The notes: a model not told the origin generated them from the letters alone. Shown: positions 50,143 to 58,431, counted from the first letter of the stretch. The stretch: DNA of 64,000 bases from Chloroflexota bacterium (GCA_016210205.1 JACQUO010000023.1:3788-67787), one strand, 5' to 3'. Translations and numbers: made by a program.

Positions 50143-50460
50143 ATGCCGTATCTTCCCGCCCAGTACCGCCGGTTCCAAAAGCGCTACCCGAAGCTGGCCA
50201 GGGCCTATGGAAGGTTCGCTGTCCAGGTGCACGAGGCCGGGCCCCTCTCGGAGCGAGAGCGGCGACTGGTGAAGCTGGGTATGGCCATCGGCGTTTCTTC
50301 CCAAGGGGCCGTCAAGTCCCATGCCCGGCGCGCCCTGGAGGTTGGAGTCACGGCGGAAGAGGTGCGCCATGCCGTGGTCTTGGCGCTGACCACCGTGGGC
50401 TTCCCCACCATGATTGCCGCCTCCGAGTGGTTGGAGGACGTGCTGGCAGCTCACAAGTAA
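50143..50460 (+). CDS. Carboxymuconolactone decarboxylase (AhpD-like) family protein
   Basis: GPLSERERRLVKL, GAVKSH.RRA, EE.RHA..LA.TT.GFP; GGAGG RBS. Confidence 0.88.
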   Translation: MPYLPAQYRRFQKRYPKLARAYGRFAVQVHEAGPLSERERRLVKLGMAIGVSSQGAVKSHARRALEVGVTAEEVRHAVVLALTTVGFPTMIAASEWLEDVLAAHK

Positions 50461-50512
50461 GGCCGGGATACTGAAGTTGTCCGCCGCAGAGAACCTCAGG
50501 AAGCAAAGGGAA

Positions 50513-51505
50513 ATGGCAGAATCCCCCAAGCAGCGCCGCCCGAGAAAGGTTCCCAAAGGGCCGCGGGAGAGCCCCCGGGCGGCCTCGCCTGAGGAGAAGC
50601 CTAAGCCTGAGGCAGGCAGCTCCGGCCTGCCCCACTTCGCCCATGCCAGCGAGGAGGAGTTCGCCCACATTCTGGACTTCTACCGCATCCCCTGGCAATA
50701 TGAGCCCCGTTCCTTCCCCCTGGCCTGGGATGGCGACCATGTTACGGAGATGTTCACCCCGGATTTCTATCTGCCTGAGCAAGACCTCTACCTTGAACTC
50801 ACCACCCTAAAACAGAGCCTGGTCACCGAGAAGAACCGCAAGCTCCGCCGCATGGGGGAGCTCTATCCTGACATCAAGGTCAAGCTCCTCTACCGCAAGG
50901 ACTACCATCGCTTCCTGGCCAAGTTCGGCGCCGGGCCCCTGGCGGACCTGCGCCTGGAGGGCACGGGGAGGGTGCTCCTCTCCGAGTCCCAAATCCAGCG
51001 GCGGGTGAAGGAGCTTGCGGCCCAAATCTCCCAGGACTATCAGGGGCGGCATCCCATCCTGGTGGGGGTGCTGAAAGGGGTGGTGTGCTTCATGGCGGAC
51101 CTGATGCGGGCCGTCTCCATACCCCTCTCCATCGAGTTCATGGCCATCTCCTACTATCACGGCCACCCCTCAGAGGCGGTGCGCATCGTCAAGGATTTGG
51201 AGCAGAACATCGGCGGCCGCCATGTGCTCCTGGTGGAAGACATCGTGGACACGGGCCTCACCCTGAACTATATCCTGCGCCTGCTGGAGAGCCGCGGGCC
51301 CGCCAGCCTGGAGGTCTGCACCCTGCTGGACAAGCGCTCCCGGAGAATAGCTCCCCTTTCCCTTAAATATGTGGGCTTTGAAATCCCCGATGAGTTTGTG
51401 GTGGGCTACGGCTTGGACTACGGGGAGGAGTACCGCAATCTTCCCTTCATCGCCGTCCTCAAGGCCGAGGCTCAGGGCCAGCGCAGGCCCGCAGCAGATA
51501 GCTAA
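50513..51505 (+). CDS. hpt: Hypoxanthine phosphoribosyltransferase with N-terminal PD-(D/E)XK-like domain
   Basis: C-term: VGVLKG, SYY, VEDIVDTGLT, FVVGYGLDY, YRNLP; N-term: SEEEFA..LD..WQYEP..FTPDFYLP..LYLE. Confidence 0.9.
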   Translation: MAESPKQRRPRKVPKGPRESPRAASPEEKPKPEAGSSGLPHFAHASEEEFAHILDFYRIPWQYEPRSFPLAWDGDHVTEMFTPDFYLPEQDLYLELTTLKQSLVTEKNRKLRRMGELYPDIKVKLLYRKDYHRFLAKFGAGPLADLRLEGTGRVLLSESQIQRRVKELAAQISQDYQGRHPILVGVLKGVVCFMADLMRAVSIPLSIEFMAISYYHGHPSEAVRIVKDLEQNIGGRHVLLVEDIVDTGLTLNYILRLLESRGPASLEVCTLLDKRSRRIAPLSLKYVGFEIPDEFVVGYGLDYGEEYRNLPFIAVLKAEAQGQRRPAADS

Positions 51506-51557
51506 AAACCGAGCCGTCCTCTCGCCCTTCACCATCCCCTCGTCCTCGGGTCAGGAC

Positions 51558-51583
51558 AAAACAAAAAGGGCCTTTTCGGCCCT
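51558..51583 (-). terminator. Intrinsic terminator, minus-strand oriented
   Basis: Minus strand AGGGCC-GAAAA-GGCCCT then TTTTGTTTT; on the plus strand the hairpin is followed by A-tract, not U-tract. Confidence 0.8.
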
Positions 51584-51821
51584 AAAAAGCAAAGACCCAA
51601 GTAACCTTGCGCTTTGGTGGCTCTCGGCCCCCTCTTTCCTTTCGGATTGCCCTACTCGGATAGGCTGCCCACTTCCACCAGTTTCTCTGGGGTGTCTCTC
51701 GGTGGCTCACTCCCTGGGGCGCCTTGCCCGCTTGGCTTCTGCCACCTCGACCTTCGGGGCCTTCCCCGCCCGGTCTTGGTCTCCGCGACTCCCGAGAGCC
51801 CTCGCTCAATTACTTGGGTCA
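51558..51821 (-). ncRNA. Unidentified structured ncRNA candidate (about 260 nt)
   Basis: Own promoter and terminator; 11-bp terminal helix GACCCAAGTAA/TTACTTGGGTC; nested 9-bp helix GGCTCTCGG/CCGAGAGCC; several internal hairpins; no credible CDS. Confidence 0.75.
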
Positions 51822-51826
51822 TCTAT

Positions 51827-51855
51827 AATTTACCACCGACCATGCCTATTGTCAA
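51827..51855 (-). promoter_or_regulatory. Sigma70-type promoter of the ncRNA candidate
   Basis: Minus strand TTGACA-17 nt-TAAATT; expected start falls at 51820-51821, the first base of the terminal helix. Confidence 0.75.
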
Positions 51856-51925
51856 TACCCTTTTAATTCGTTCGGAAATTCCCAAAGGGCTAGGCCACGC
51901 CGGGCAAAACCTTTATACTTGAGCC

Positions 51926-53521
51926 ATGAGCCGGCAATTTGCGCAGCGGCTGAAAGTCCTCTCCCGCGAGAGGGGCGCTATCCACAAGGACTGGGGCGGC
52001 CGAGTACCCATCGTCCTGGTCTTCCCCAACTCCTATCACTTGGGCATGTCCAGCCTGGGCTTTCAGACCATCTATGGCCTGTGGAACTCCTTCAGGGATT
52101 TCGTCTGCGAGCGGGCCTTTTGGGAACCTCAGCGCGACCATAAGGGCCTGGGTGAGCCCCCCCTGAGCCTGGAGTCGGGCCGCCCCCTGACCGACTTCGC
52201 CCTGGTAGCCTTCTCCGCCTCCTTCGAGCTGGACTACCCTCATATCGTGCAGGTCCTGCGGACCAGCGGCATCCCCGCCCTGGCATCCCAACGAGACCAG
52301 CGGCACCCCTTAGTCCTGGTGGGCGGCCCGGCGGTGAGCGCCAACCCGGAGCCCCTGGCCTCCATAATCGACGCCTTTGTCATAGGTGAGGCCGAGCCGG
52401 TGCTCCCCAGGCTGGCCCAGGTCATGGTCAAAGAGGTGGGGGCGGACCGGGAACACCTGCTCCAGACGCTGGTGGAGGTGCCGGGGGTGTATGTGCCCCG
52501 GATGACCGGCCAGGAGAGGCCGGTGGCCCGCCAGCAGGCCCAGAGCCTGGAAGGCTTCGCCACCACCTCGGTGGTCCTGACCCCCGACACCGAGCTGGGG
52601 GAGCGCTATCTCATGGAAATTGGGCGGGGCTGCGCCTGGGCCTGCGGCTTCTGCCTGGCGGGCCATATCTTCCGCCCCCTGCGAACCCGCACCGTGGCAT
52701 CCCTGGTGGCCCAGGCCCAGGAGGGCCTGAAGCTGAGCCCCCGGCTGGGCCTGGTGAGCGCCGCCATCTCCGACTACCCCCACCTGGGCGAGCTGGCGAC
52801 GGCCCTCTCGTCCCTGGGGGCGCAGCTCTCCGTCTCCTCCCTGCGCCCCCGGCCACTGCCGGAATCCCTGCTGGCGGCCCTGGCCGCGGGCGGCGCTCAC
52901 ACCCTTACCATGGCCCCGGAGGCCGGGCCGGCCCTGCGTCTTGCCGTGGGGAAGAGGCTAAGGGACGAGGACTTCCTGGAAGCGGCTGAGCGGGCCTCCG
53001 CCTACCCCTTCCGACACCTCAAGCTCTACTTCATGGTGGGGCTCCCCGAGGAGACGGAGAGCGACCTGGCGGAGATTGTCCGGCTGACCCTGGAGATGAA
53101 AGCCAGCCTGGAAAGACGGGGGAGTCTTTGTCAGCTCAGCCTAAATGTCAGCCCCTTTGTGCCCAAGGCCCAGACACCCTTCGAGCGCGAGCCCCTGGCT
53201 CCGGCTCAAGTCTTGGAGGAGCGCTTGCGCTTCCTGAGCCGGGAGCTCCGCCATAAGGGGATAAAGGTGTCGGGAGAAGGGGTAGGATGGAGCGTAATCC
53301 AGGGCCTCCTGTCTCGGGGCGACTCCTCCCTGGGTCGGGTCCTGGTGGAGATGGAGGAGAACACCCTGTCGGGGTGGCGCCGGGCTCTGGCCGCGGCCGG
53401 CGTCGAACGGGAAGCCATCCACCGGCCTCTGCCACCCCACGCCGCCCTCCCCTGGGACCACCTGCGCCAAGTGGAGACAGCCCCTGTAGAGCTGGCCCAA
53501 CTCGCCGGAGAGTCAGCCTAG
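51926..53521 (+). CDS. Radical SAM protein (B12-binding-like N-terminus, TIGR03960-like family)
   Basis: FPNSY.LGMSSLG, ANPEP, RGCAWACGFC (CxxxCxxC), APEAG, KLYFMVGLP.E, FVPKAQTPF. Confidence 0.85.
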   Translation: MSRQFAQRLKVLSRERGAIHKDWGGRVPIVLVFPNSYHLGMSSLGFQTIYGLWNSFRDFVCERAFWEPQRDHKGLGEPPLSLESGRPLTDFALVAFSASFELDYPHIVQVLRTSGIPALASQRDQRHPLVLVGGPAVSANPEPLASIIDAFVIGEAEPVLPRLAQVMVKEVGADREHLLQTLVEVPGVYVPRMTGQERPVARQQAQSLEGFATTSVVLTPDTELGERYLMEIGRGCAWACGFCLAGHIFRPLRTRTVASLVAQAQEGLKLSPRLGLVSAAISDYPHLGELATALSSLGAQLSVSSLRPRPLPESLLAALAAGGAHTLTMAPEAGPALRLAVGKRLRDEDFLEAAERASAYPFRHLKLYFMVGLPEETESDLAEIVRLTLEMKASLERRGSLCQLSLNVSPFVPKAQTPFEREPLAPAQVLEERLRFLSRELRHKGIKVSGEGVGWSVIQGLLSRGDSSLGRVLVEMEENTLSGWRRALAAAGVEREAIHRPLPPHAALPWDHLRQVETAPVELAQLAGESA

Positions 53522-53748
53522 ATGGATGGGCCATCGACACCGCCGGAATGAGGGGGCGGCTTGTCCCGGCTGCCGCAGGAGAGGGACAGAGGCCGGAGGA
53601 CTAACCAGCGCCACAAGTGACGCAGGCCCTGTCCCTCTTTGCTATAATACAGAGCATCGACCGCCTGCCCCCGGCCCAGACGCTGGCGGACGGCTAAGGG
53701 GAGCTCTACGACGGCGACACGACCTTATTAAGCAGGAGGAGGCCAACC

Positions 53749-54252
53749 TTGGAGCAGTTTCTGATGAAGGGTGAGCACATCACGGCCACCTGCCAGACCG
53801 GCCGGGGACAATACATCACCACCAACAAGCGCATCCTTCTCCACCACCGCACCCTGACCCACGAGAGCCTCTTGGACCTCTCCTACCACGCCGTGACCAC
53901 CATCGCCTGCCATCGAGTAGTGGGCCAAACGCGGCTCTCCTCTGGTATCGTCCTCATAGTTTTTGGCCTTTTGGTTGTGGCCGTAGGTTCTCTCTTCAGT
54001 TTCAGCCTGGCCTCAGCTATCGGCGCGGTCCTGGCCCTGCTGGGCGTGGCCTTCCTGGTGCTGGCCTTCCTCCTCAGGCATAACTATTGCCAGCTGGGCG
54101 GCACTGGCCCCCTGTCTGACCCCAAGGAGCGCCTTCTCTGGCGGGTGGAGGGGATGCGGTGGACCGACCTTCTGGCCTTCGCCCAGGAGGTGCGTCGACA
54201 CCTGGACAGCGAGCTTGAGCCGAAGGCCGAGGGTCCTGACAAAGCGTCATGA
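53749..54252 (+). CDS. Hypothetical membrane protein (PH-like beta domain plus two TM helices)
   Basis: FLMKGE..TNKRIL motif, two hydrophobic helices; AGGAGG RBS before TTG; TATAAT at 53643. Confidence 0.7.
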   Translation: MEQFLMKGEHITATCQTGRGQYITTNKRILLHHRTLTHESLLDLSYHAVTTIACHRVVGQTRLSSGIVLIVFGLLVVAVGSLFSFSLASAIGAVLALLGVAFLVLAFLLRHNYCQLGGTGPLSDPKERLLWRVEGMRWTDLLAFAQEVRRHLDSELEPKAEGPDKAS

Positions 54253-54275
54253 AGCGGAGTGCTCGTGCTTGCGCC

Positions 54276-54304
54276 TTGACGCCTGAGCGCCCCAGGCTTA
54301 AGAT
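54276..54304 (+). promoter_or_regulatory. Sigma70-type promoter of proC
   Basis: TTGACG-17 nt-TAAGAT. Confidence 0.6.
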
Positions 54305-54349
54305 TCACCCATTGTGCTGGCTGTAACTTACATCTAAGGCAGGTTCGAG

Positions 54350-55168
54350 ATGAGACTAGCCTTCATCGGCGGCGGGGTCATGGCCGAGGCCATGATAAAA
54401 GCGGTGCTAGACAAGGGCCTGGCGACGCCCAAAGAGGTCGCCGCCAGCGATGTGGTGGCCGCCCGCCGGGAGGCCCTCTCCGCGCGCTATGGCATCGCGA
54501 CGGTGGTGGAAAATCGCGCCGCCCTGCGGAGGGCCGCGGTGGTGGTGTTAGCCATCAAGCCCCAGAACCTGGATGAGGTCGCTCAGGACCTGAAGGGGCG
54601 CCTGGGCGAGGGCCAAGTGGTGCTTTCCATCGTCGCCGGTGCCAACCTGGGCCGGCTCACCTCTGGCCTGGGCCACCGGGCTGTGGTGCGGGCCATGCCC
54701 AACACCCCAGCCCAGGTAGGCGAAGGCATCACCCTCTGGACCGCCACCGCCGAAGTCACCGCCGTCCAGGCGGAGGCCTGCCGCAGCATCCTCTCGGCCC
54801 TGGGCCGCCAGGTGCAGGTGCCCCAGGAGAAGTATGTGGACATGGCCACGGCGGTAAGCGGCAGCGGCCCCGGCTATATCTTCATGGTGGCCGAGGCCCT
54901 GGTGGACGGAGCAGTGCACCTGGGGCTGCCCCGCGACCTGGCCCAGGAGATGGTACTGCAGACCCTGGTGGGCTCGGGAAAATTCGCCCAAGTCTCCGGG
55001 AAGCATCTGGCGGAGCTAAAGAACCTGGTGACCTCCCCCGGCGGGACCACCGCGGAGGGCCTCCTGGCCCTGGAAGAGGGAGGGGTGCGAGCCGCCTTCA
55101 TCCAGGCCGTCATCGCCGCCTATGAGAAGACCCTGCAGCTGAGCGGCGAAGGAGATGAGAAGCATTGA
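54350..55168 (+). CDS. proC: Pyrroline-5-carboxylate reductase
   Basis: FIGGGVMA, AIKPQ, SIVAG, RAMPNTP, SGSGPGY, VTSPGGTT. Confidence 0.95.
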   Translation: MRLAFIGGGVMAEAMIKAVLDKGLATPKEVAASDVVAARREALSARYGIATVVENRAALRRAAVVVLAIKPQNLDEVAQDLKGRLGEGQVVLSIVAGANLGRLTSGLGHRAVVRAMPNTPAQVGEGITLWTATAEVTAVQAEACRSILSALGRQVQVPQEKYVDMATAVSGSGPGYIFMVAEALVDGAVHLGLPRDLAQEMVLQTLVGSGKFAQVSGKHLAELKNLVTSPGGTTAEGLLALEEGGVRAAFIQAVIAAYEKTLQLSGEGDEKH

Positions 55169-55422
55169 GCCTGGCCCTTCTCTCTACCTTCGTCTTCTAT
55201 CTAACCCAGGTGCTCACCTTCGCCATCTTCCTCCGGGTGCTCTTCTCCTGGGCGCCCCTTTCTCCCCGCAATCCTTTCATAATGATTCTTCACCAGGTAA
55301 CAGAACCCCTCCTGGCCCCCATCCGGAGAGTCTTGCCTCAACTGGGCGTCCTGGACCTGTCCCCGGTGGTGGCCATCCTCATCCTCCAGGTCATCGGCCG
55401 GATTGTCGCTCAGGGGCGGTGA
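55165..55422 (+). CDS. yggT: YggT family membrane protein
   Basis: RVLFSW, VTEPLLAPIRR.LP..G.LDLSP; follows proC. Confidence 0.9.
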   Translation: MSLALLSTFVFYLTQVLTFAIFLRVLFSWAPLSPRNPFIMILHQVTEPLLAPIRRVLPQLGVLDLSPVVAILILQVIGRIVAQGR

Positions 55423-55672
55423 GGCGGGCCGCCGCTTCCTCGCTGGTCAGTCCCTCAATCTCCAGAGTCTTGATGCGGCTCCTTAGGCCGGAGGCCACCC
55501 TTACTTGAGACCTCCTGACCTTTAGACACTCGGCCATGAAGTCCTCCAGGGCGTCATTAGCCCTCCCCTCCAGGGGAGGCGAGGCGATTTTCACCCGCCA
55601 GGCCCCCTGGCGGAAGCCCAGAAGCTCGTTCCGGGAGGCCCCAGCGGTCACTCGCACCGTGATGCGGGCCAT
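55391..55672 (-). CDS. DUF167 (YggU/UPF0235) protein
   Basis: VRVTAGASRN, SPPLEGRAN, SGLRSRIK. Confidence 0.85.
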   Translation of the reverse strand: MARITVRVTAGASRNELLGFRQGAWRVKIASPPLEGRANDALEDFMAECLKVRRSQVRVASGLRSRIKTLEIEGLTSEEAAARLTAPERQSGR

Positions 55673-55693
55673 GGTCATCTGACGATATCCCCT

Positions 55694-56395
55694 CTATTGG
55701 GCCCCCTCGAGCATCTGCTCCAGGCGACGCACTATCGGATGCCGATAGGTCAAGCTGGGCCATAACCGTGATGCCGCGACGGCTCCCAGCTTGCCCTTGG
55801 GGTTCACGGCCACGGGGTGGCCCACGGCTGCCAACACCGGCAGGTCTTGCTCCGTATCGCCGAAGGCGAAAGAGCGGGCCAGGTCAAACTCCCTGGCCAG
55901 GTCTTGCATCACCTTGGCCTTGGAAACCCCCAAAGCCATGTTGCGCTCCACCTCCCCGATGTAGCGGCCAGCGCGTCCCAACGCCAGGGTAGTGCCACAG
56001 ACCCGGGCCAAGCCCAAATCCGCCGCTAAGACCTCCAGCAACTCCTGGAAGGAGCCAGATATGCTGATGGTCACAAAACCCCTTCGGTTGAACAGATCCA
56101 CCAGGTCGTGGGCATACCAGAAGGGCTTGACCTTCACCTGGGCCCATTCCTCCCGGAGGAGCCGCTGCACCTCAGCCTGGCTCTGCCCTTCCATCTCCCG
56201 CGCGAAGTCGGCCACACTCTCCTCGACGAAACGGGCGTAGGGGATTTCCCCGCGACGCACCGCGGCCACATCCCTTATAGCCTTGTCCCACCACCCTGAG
56301 GAGACTCGGCCCTCCTTCCCCAGGAACCGCCCCAGGTCTAGACGCGTGAATCCCCGCACCAGCACCCCATCCAAATCGAAAATAGCGGCCCGCAA
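55694..56395 (-). CDS. HAD-IB family hydrolase (SerB-like)
   Basis: FDLDGVL, ISGS, K, FGDTEQD, VNP. Confidence 0.88.
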   Translation of the reverse strand: MRAAIFDLDGVLVRGFTRLDLGRFLGKEGRVSSGWWDKAIRDVAAVRRGEIPYARFVEESVADFAREMEGQSQAEVQRLLREEWAQVKVKPFWYAHDLVDLFNRRGFVTISISGSFQELLEVLAADLGLARVCGTTLALGRAGRYIGEVERNMALGVSKAKVMQDLAREFDLARSFAFGDTEQDLPVLAAVGHPVAVNPKGKLGAVAASRLWPSLTYRHPIVRRLEQMLEGAQ

Positions 56396-56470
56396 AGGAT
56401 GCCTCCCAGCCTAAAGTTCCCCCAATTCTACCAGCAAAAAAGGTGGGGAAAAAGCCGGGCCCTCGTCTCA

Positions 56471-56513
56471 AGAGACTTTAGTCACATACAGCCCTGACCG
56501 TCAGTGGTATTTT
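56471..56513 (+). promoter_or_regulatory. CRP/FNR-family-like box plus extended -10
   Basis: AGAGAC-TTTA-GTCACA (imperfect TGTGA-N6-TCACA) centred about 41 bp upstream of the start predicted from TG-G-TATTTT at 56505-56513. Confidence 0.4.
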
Positions 56514-56544
56514 AGGGTTGTCAATCTTGAAGGAGGTGTTTCCT

Positions 56545-56787
56545 ATGGCTGAGACCAAGACCGTAAATCTGGATGTTCGCCCCTTGCCGCCGTGGGAGAG
56601 ACATAGCAAGATATTCTCCCTCTTCGATTCTCTGTCGGTAGGCGAAAGCCTCGTCATCACCAATGACCACGACCCCAGGCCGCTACACTATCAGTTCATG
56701 CATGAGCGCACAGGAAAGTTCGAGTGGGACTCCCAGGAGCTAAAGCCCTATGAGTGGCAGGCCACCATAAAGCGCATCGCCCCATGA
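56545..56787 (+). CDS. DUF2249 domain protein, copy 1
   Basis: LDVR.LPPWERH..IF..FD.L..GE...NDHDPRPL.YQF; AAGGAGG RBS. Confidence 0.9.
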   Translation: MAETKTVNLDVRPLPPWERHSKIFSLFDSLSVGESLVITNDHDPRPLHYQFMHERTGKFEWDSQELKPYEWQATIKRIAP

Positions 56788-56866
56788 TGAGACCGAGATT
56801 GGATGCTGACATCGCCGTGCCATCCGTGGTAGTTTAAGCTCAGCAGTTTTGTATGAGGCGTGCCCT

Positions 56867-57112
56867 ATGGCTGACCCCAAGTCCATAACCCTGGATGTGC
56901 GCACTTTGCCTCCCCAGGAGCACCGCAGCAGCACAGTCTTCGCCCTCTGCGATTCCCTGGCAGTGGGCCAGAGCCTGATTATCCTCAATGACCATGACCC
57001 CCGGCCCCTGTACTACCGGCTCGCGCACGAGCGCACCGGGAAGTTCGAGTGGGACTCTCGGGAGCTGAAGCCCGATGAGTGGCAGGCCACCATAAAGCGC
57101 ATCGCCCCATGA
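56867..57112 (+). CDS. DUF2249 domain protein, copy 2 (diverged tandem duplicate)
   Basis: LDVR.LPP, NDHDPRPL; 3' half nearly identical to copy 1. Confidence 0.85.
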   Translation: MADPKSITLDVRTLPPQEHRSSTVFALCDSLAVGQSLIILNDHDPRPLYYRLAHERTGKFEWDSRELKPDEWQATIKRIAP

Positions 57113-57636
57113 TGAGACCGAGACCGGAGGCTGAAATCGCCGCCCCGTACCTGAGGCCCCTGGCGTTGCTTTCGGAGGCCCATGTCAAAGGCCAGGCCAA
57201 GCTAAGCGCCCTGGAGGCAGCTATGAAAGCCCTCCAAAATGGAGAACGGGCCTCAGGGGTAAAGGGCCTTGAGGAGGCGCTGGGGTTCTTTGACACCGAC
57301 CTAGCGCGCCACTTCAAGCACGAGGAAAATGCCCTCTTCCCGCCACTCATCCGGGCCGTGGGCCGGGGTGGGCCAGTGGGAGCCATGATGGAAGAACACC
57401 AGAGCTTGTGGCGGAGCATCGACCGCCTGACGGAGCAGGTAGAGGCCATGGCGATGTCCGAGTCTGGCCCCAGTCCCAAAGAGCTGACCCTTCTGAAACA
57501 GGTGGTGGAGCACATACTCTGGCTCCTCCGCTCACACATCCAGAAGGAGGACACCATGCTCTTCCCCCTAGCGCTCCAGCACCTCTCGTCCTCCGATTGG
57601 CGGGAGGTGGAAGCTGAGATGGAGCGGCCGGGTTAG
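57109..57636 (+). CDS. Hemerythrin/HHE cation-binding domain protein
   Basis: EAH, HFKHEE..LFP, GPV..M.EEH, HIQKED..LFP; ATGA overlap. Confidence 0.9.
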   Translation: MMRPRPEAEIAAPYLRPLALLSEAHVKGQAKLSALEAAMKALQNGERASGVKGLEEALGFFDTDLARHFKHEENALFPPLIRAVGRGGPVGAMMEEHQSLWRSIDRLTEQVEAMAMSESGPSPKELTLLKQVVEHILWLLRSHIQKEDTMLFPLALQHLSSSDWREVEAEMERPG

Positions 57637-57706
57637 GCGGCGGGTGTTGGCATTATGTCAATGAAGAACCTCCTGTAATACAGAACGGAGAAAAAGGGGT
57701 GCGGAG

Positions 57707-57901
57707 ATGAGCCGAAGCAAACGGACGAAGGTCACAAGCCAGACAACCACGACGCCAGGTGAGAAGGCCAAAAAGTTAGACCCACAGGCCATAGAGTGCG
57801 AAATCAAGGGCCCCGATGAGGACTCTCCTCACTTCGATGAGGTGGAATGGGACCTGGCACGCCACGAGTATGCGGCCACCATGGACGACCGCCTCTACTA
57901 G
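57707..57901 (+). CDS. Hypothetical 64-aa protein
   Basis: ORF fills the gap co-directionally; purine-rich upstream; no recognised motif. Confidence 0.55.
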   Translation: MSRSKRTKVTSQTTTTPGEKAKKLDPQAIECEIKGPDEDSPHFDEVEWDLARHEYAATMDDRLY

Positions 57902-57973
57902 GCCTTAGGCTGAGGGCGAGAAATAGTTTTTCGAGCCATGGGGGCTGGGGAATCTAGAAAAAGGAGGGGGAGG

Positions 57974-58408
57974 ATGCACGAGAAAACTATCTTGGGGCTT
58001 AACGAAATCCTGGCGGCGGAGCGGGCCGGCGTGGAAACGATGGCCAAGCTCTTGCCCGGGGCCAGGGAAGGCTATCTGCGCCATGGCATGGAGAAAATCC
58101 ACAAGGATGAGGGCTGGTCCTGCACTCTGCTCCACCAGGCCATCGAGGCCCTGGGGGGCAAAGCCACCGCGGACAAGGGCGACTTCGCTCAGAAGGTGAT
58201 GGCCCTGCCCACCCTCACGGAGCGCCTGGAACTGCTGGGCAAAGGCCAGCGCTGGGTGGTGAAGCGCCTGGATGCTATCCTGGAAGGGGATGTCCCTGGC
58301 CCCGTCCGGGAGACCCTCAAGGATGTCCGCCGGGAGCACGAGGGCAATATCCAGTGGTGCCTGGAGCAGCTGGAGGCCCTCAAGGCGGCGGCCGCCTCAC
58401 CCCACTGA
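57974..58408 (+). CDS. Ferritin-like four-helix protein (DUF6306-like)
   Basis: LNE.L.AERAG, DE.W.C..L, G.F..K, GQ.WV, EH..NI; AGGAGG RBS. Confidence 0.8.
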   Translation: MHEKTILGLNEILAAERAGVETMAKLLPGAREGYLRHGMEKIHKDEGWSCTLLHQAIEALGGKATADKGDFAQKVMALPTLTERLELLGKGQRWVVKRLDAILEGDVPGPVRETLKDVRREHEGNIQWCLEQLEALKAAAASPH

Positions 58409-58431
58409 CCAGTTGTCCACACACCGAATCT

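Noticed and set aside
51558..51821. Identification of the ncRNA candidate as SRP RNA, RNase P RNA, 6S RNA or retron msr-msd
   Set aside because: The UCC-GAAA-GGA hairpin lacks the SRP CAGG/AGCAG flanks; there is no GAGGAAAGUC or CR-V for RNase P; it is branched rather than rod-like for 6S; no reverse transcriptase is adjacent. Rejected by eye only; cmscan is needed.
51582..51922. ORFs 51582-51809 (-), 51614-51922 (+) and 51369-51866 (+) as proteins
   Set aside because: Low-complexity translations with no motif or convincing RBS; the region is better explained by RNA structure
53680..53730. c-di-GMP-I or yybP-ykoY riboswitch
   Set aside because: Only fragments match (CUAAG..CUACG; AAGGGGAG..GACCUU); the required stems and GNRA arm are missing
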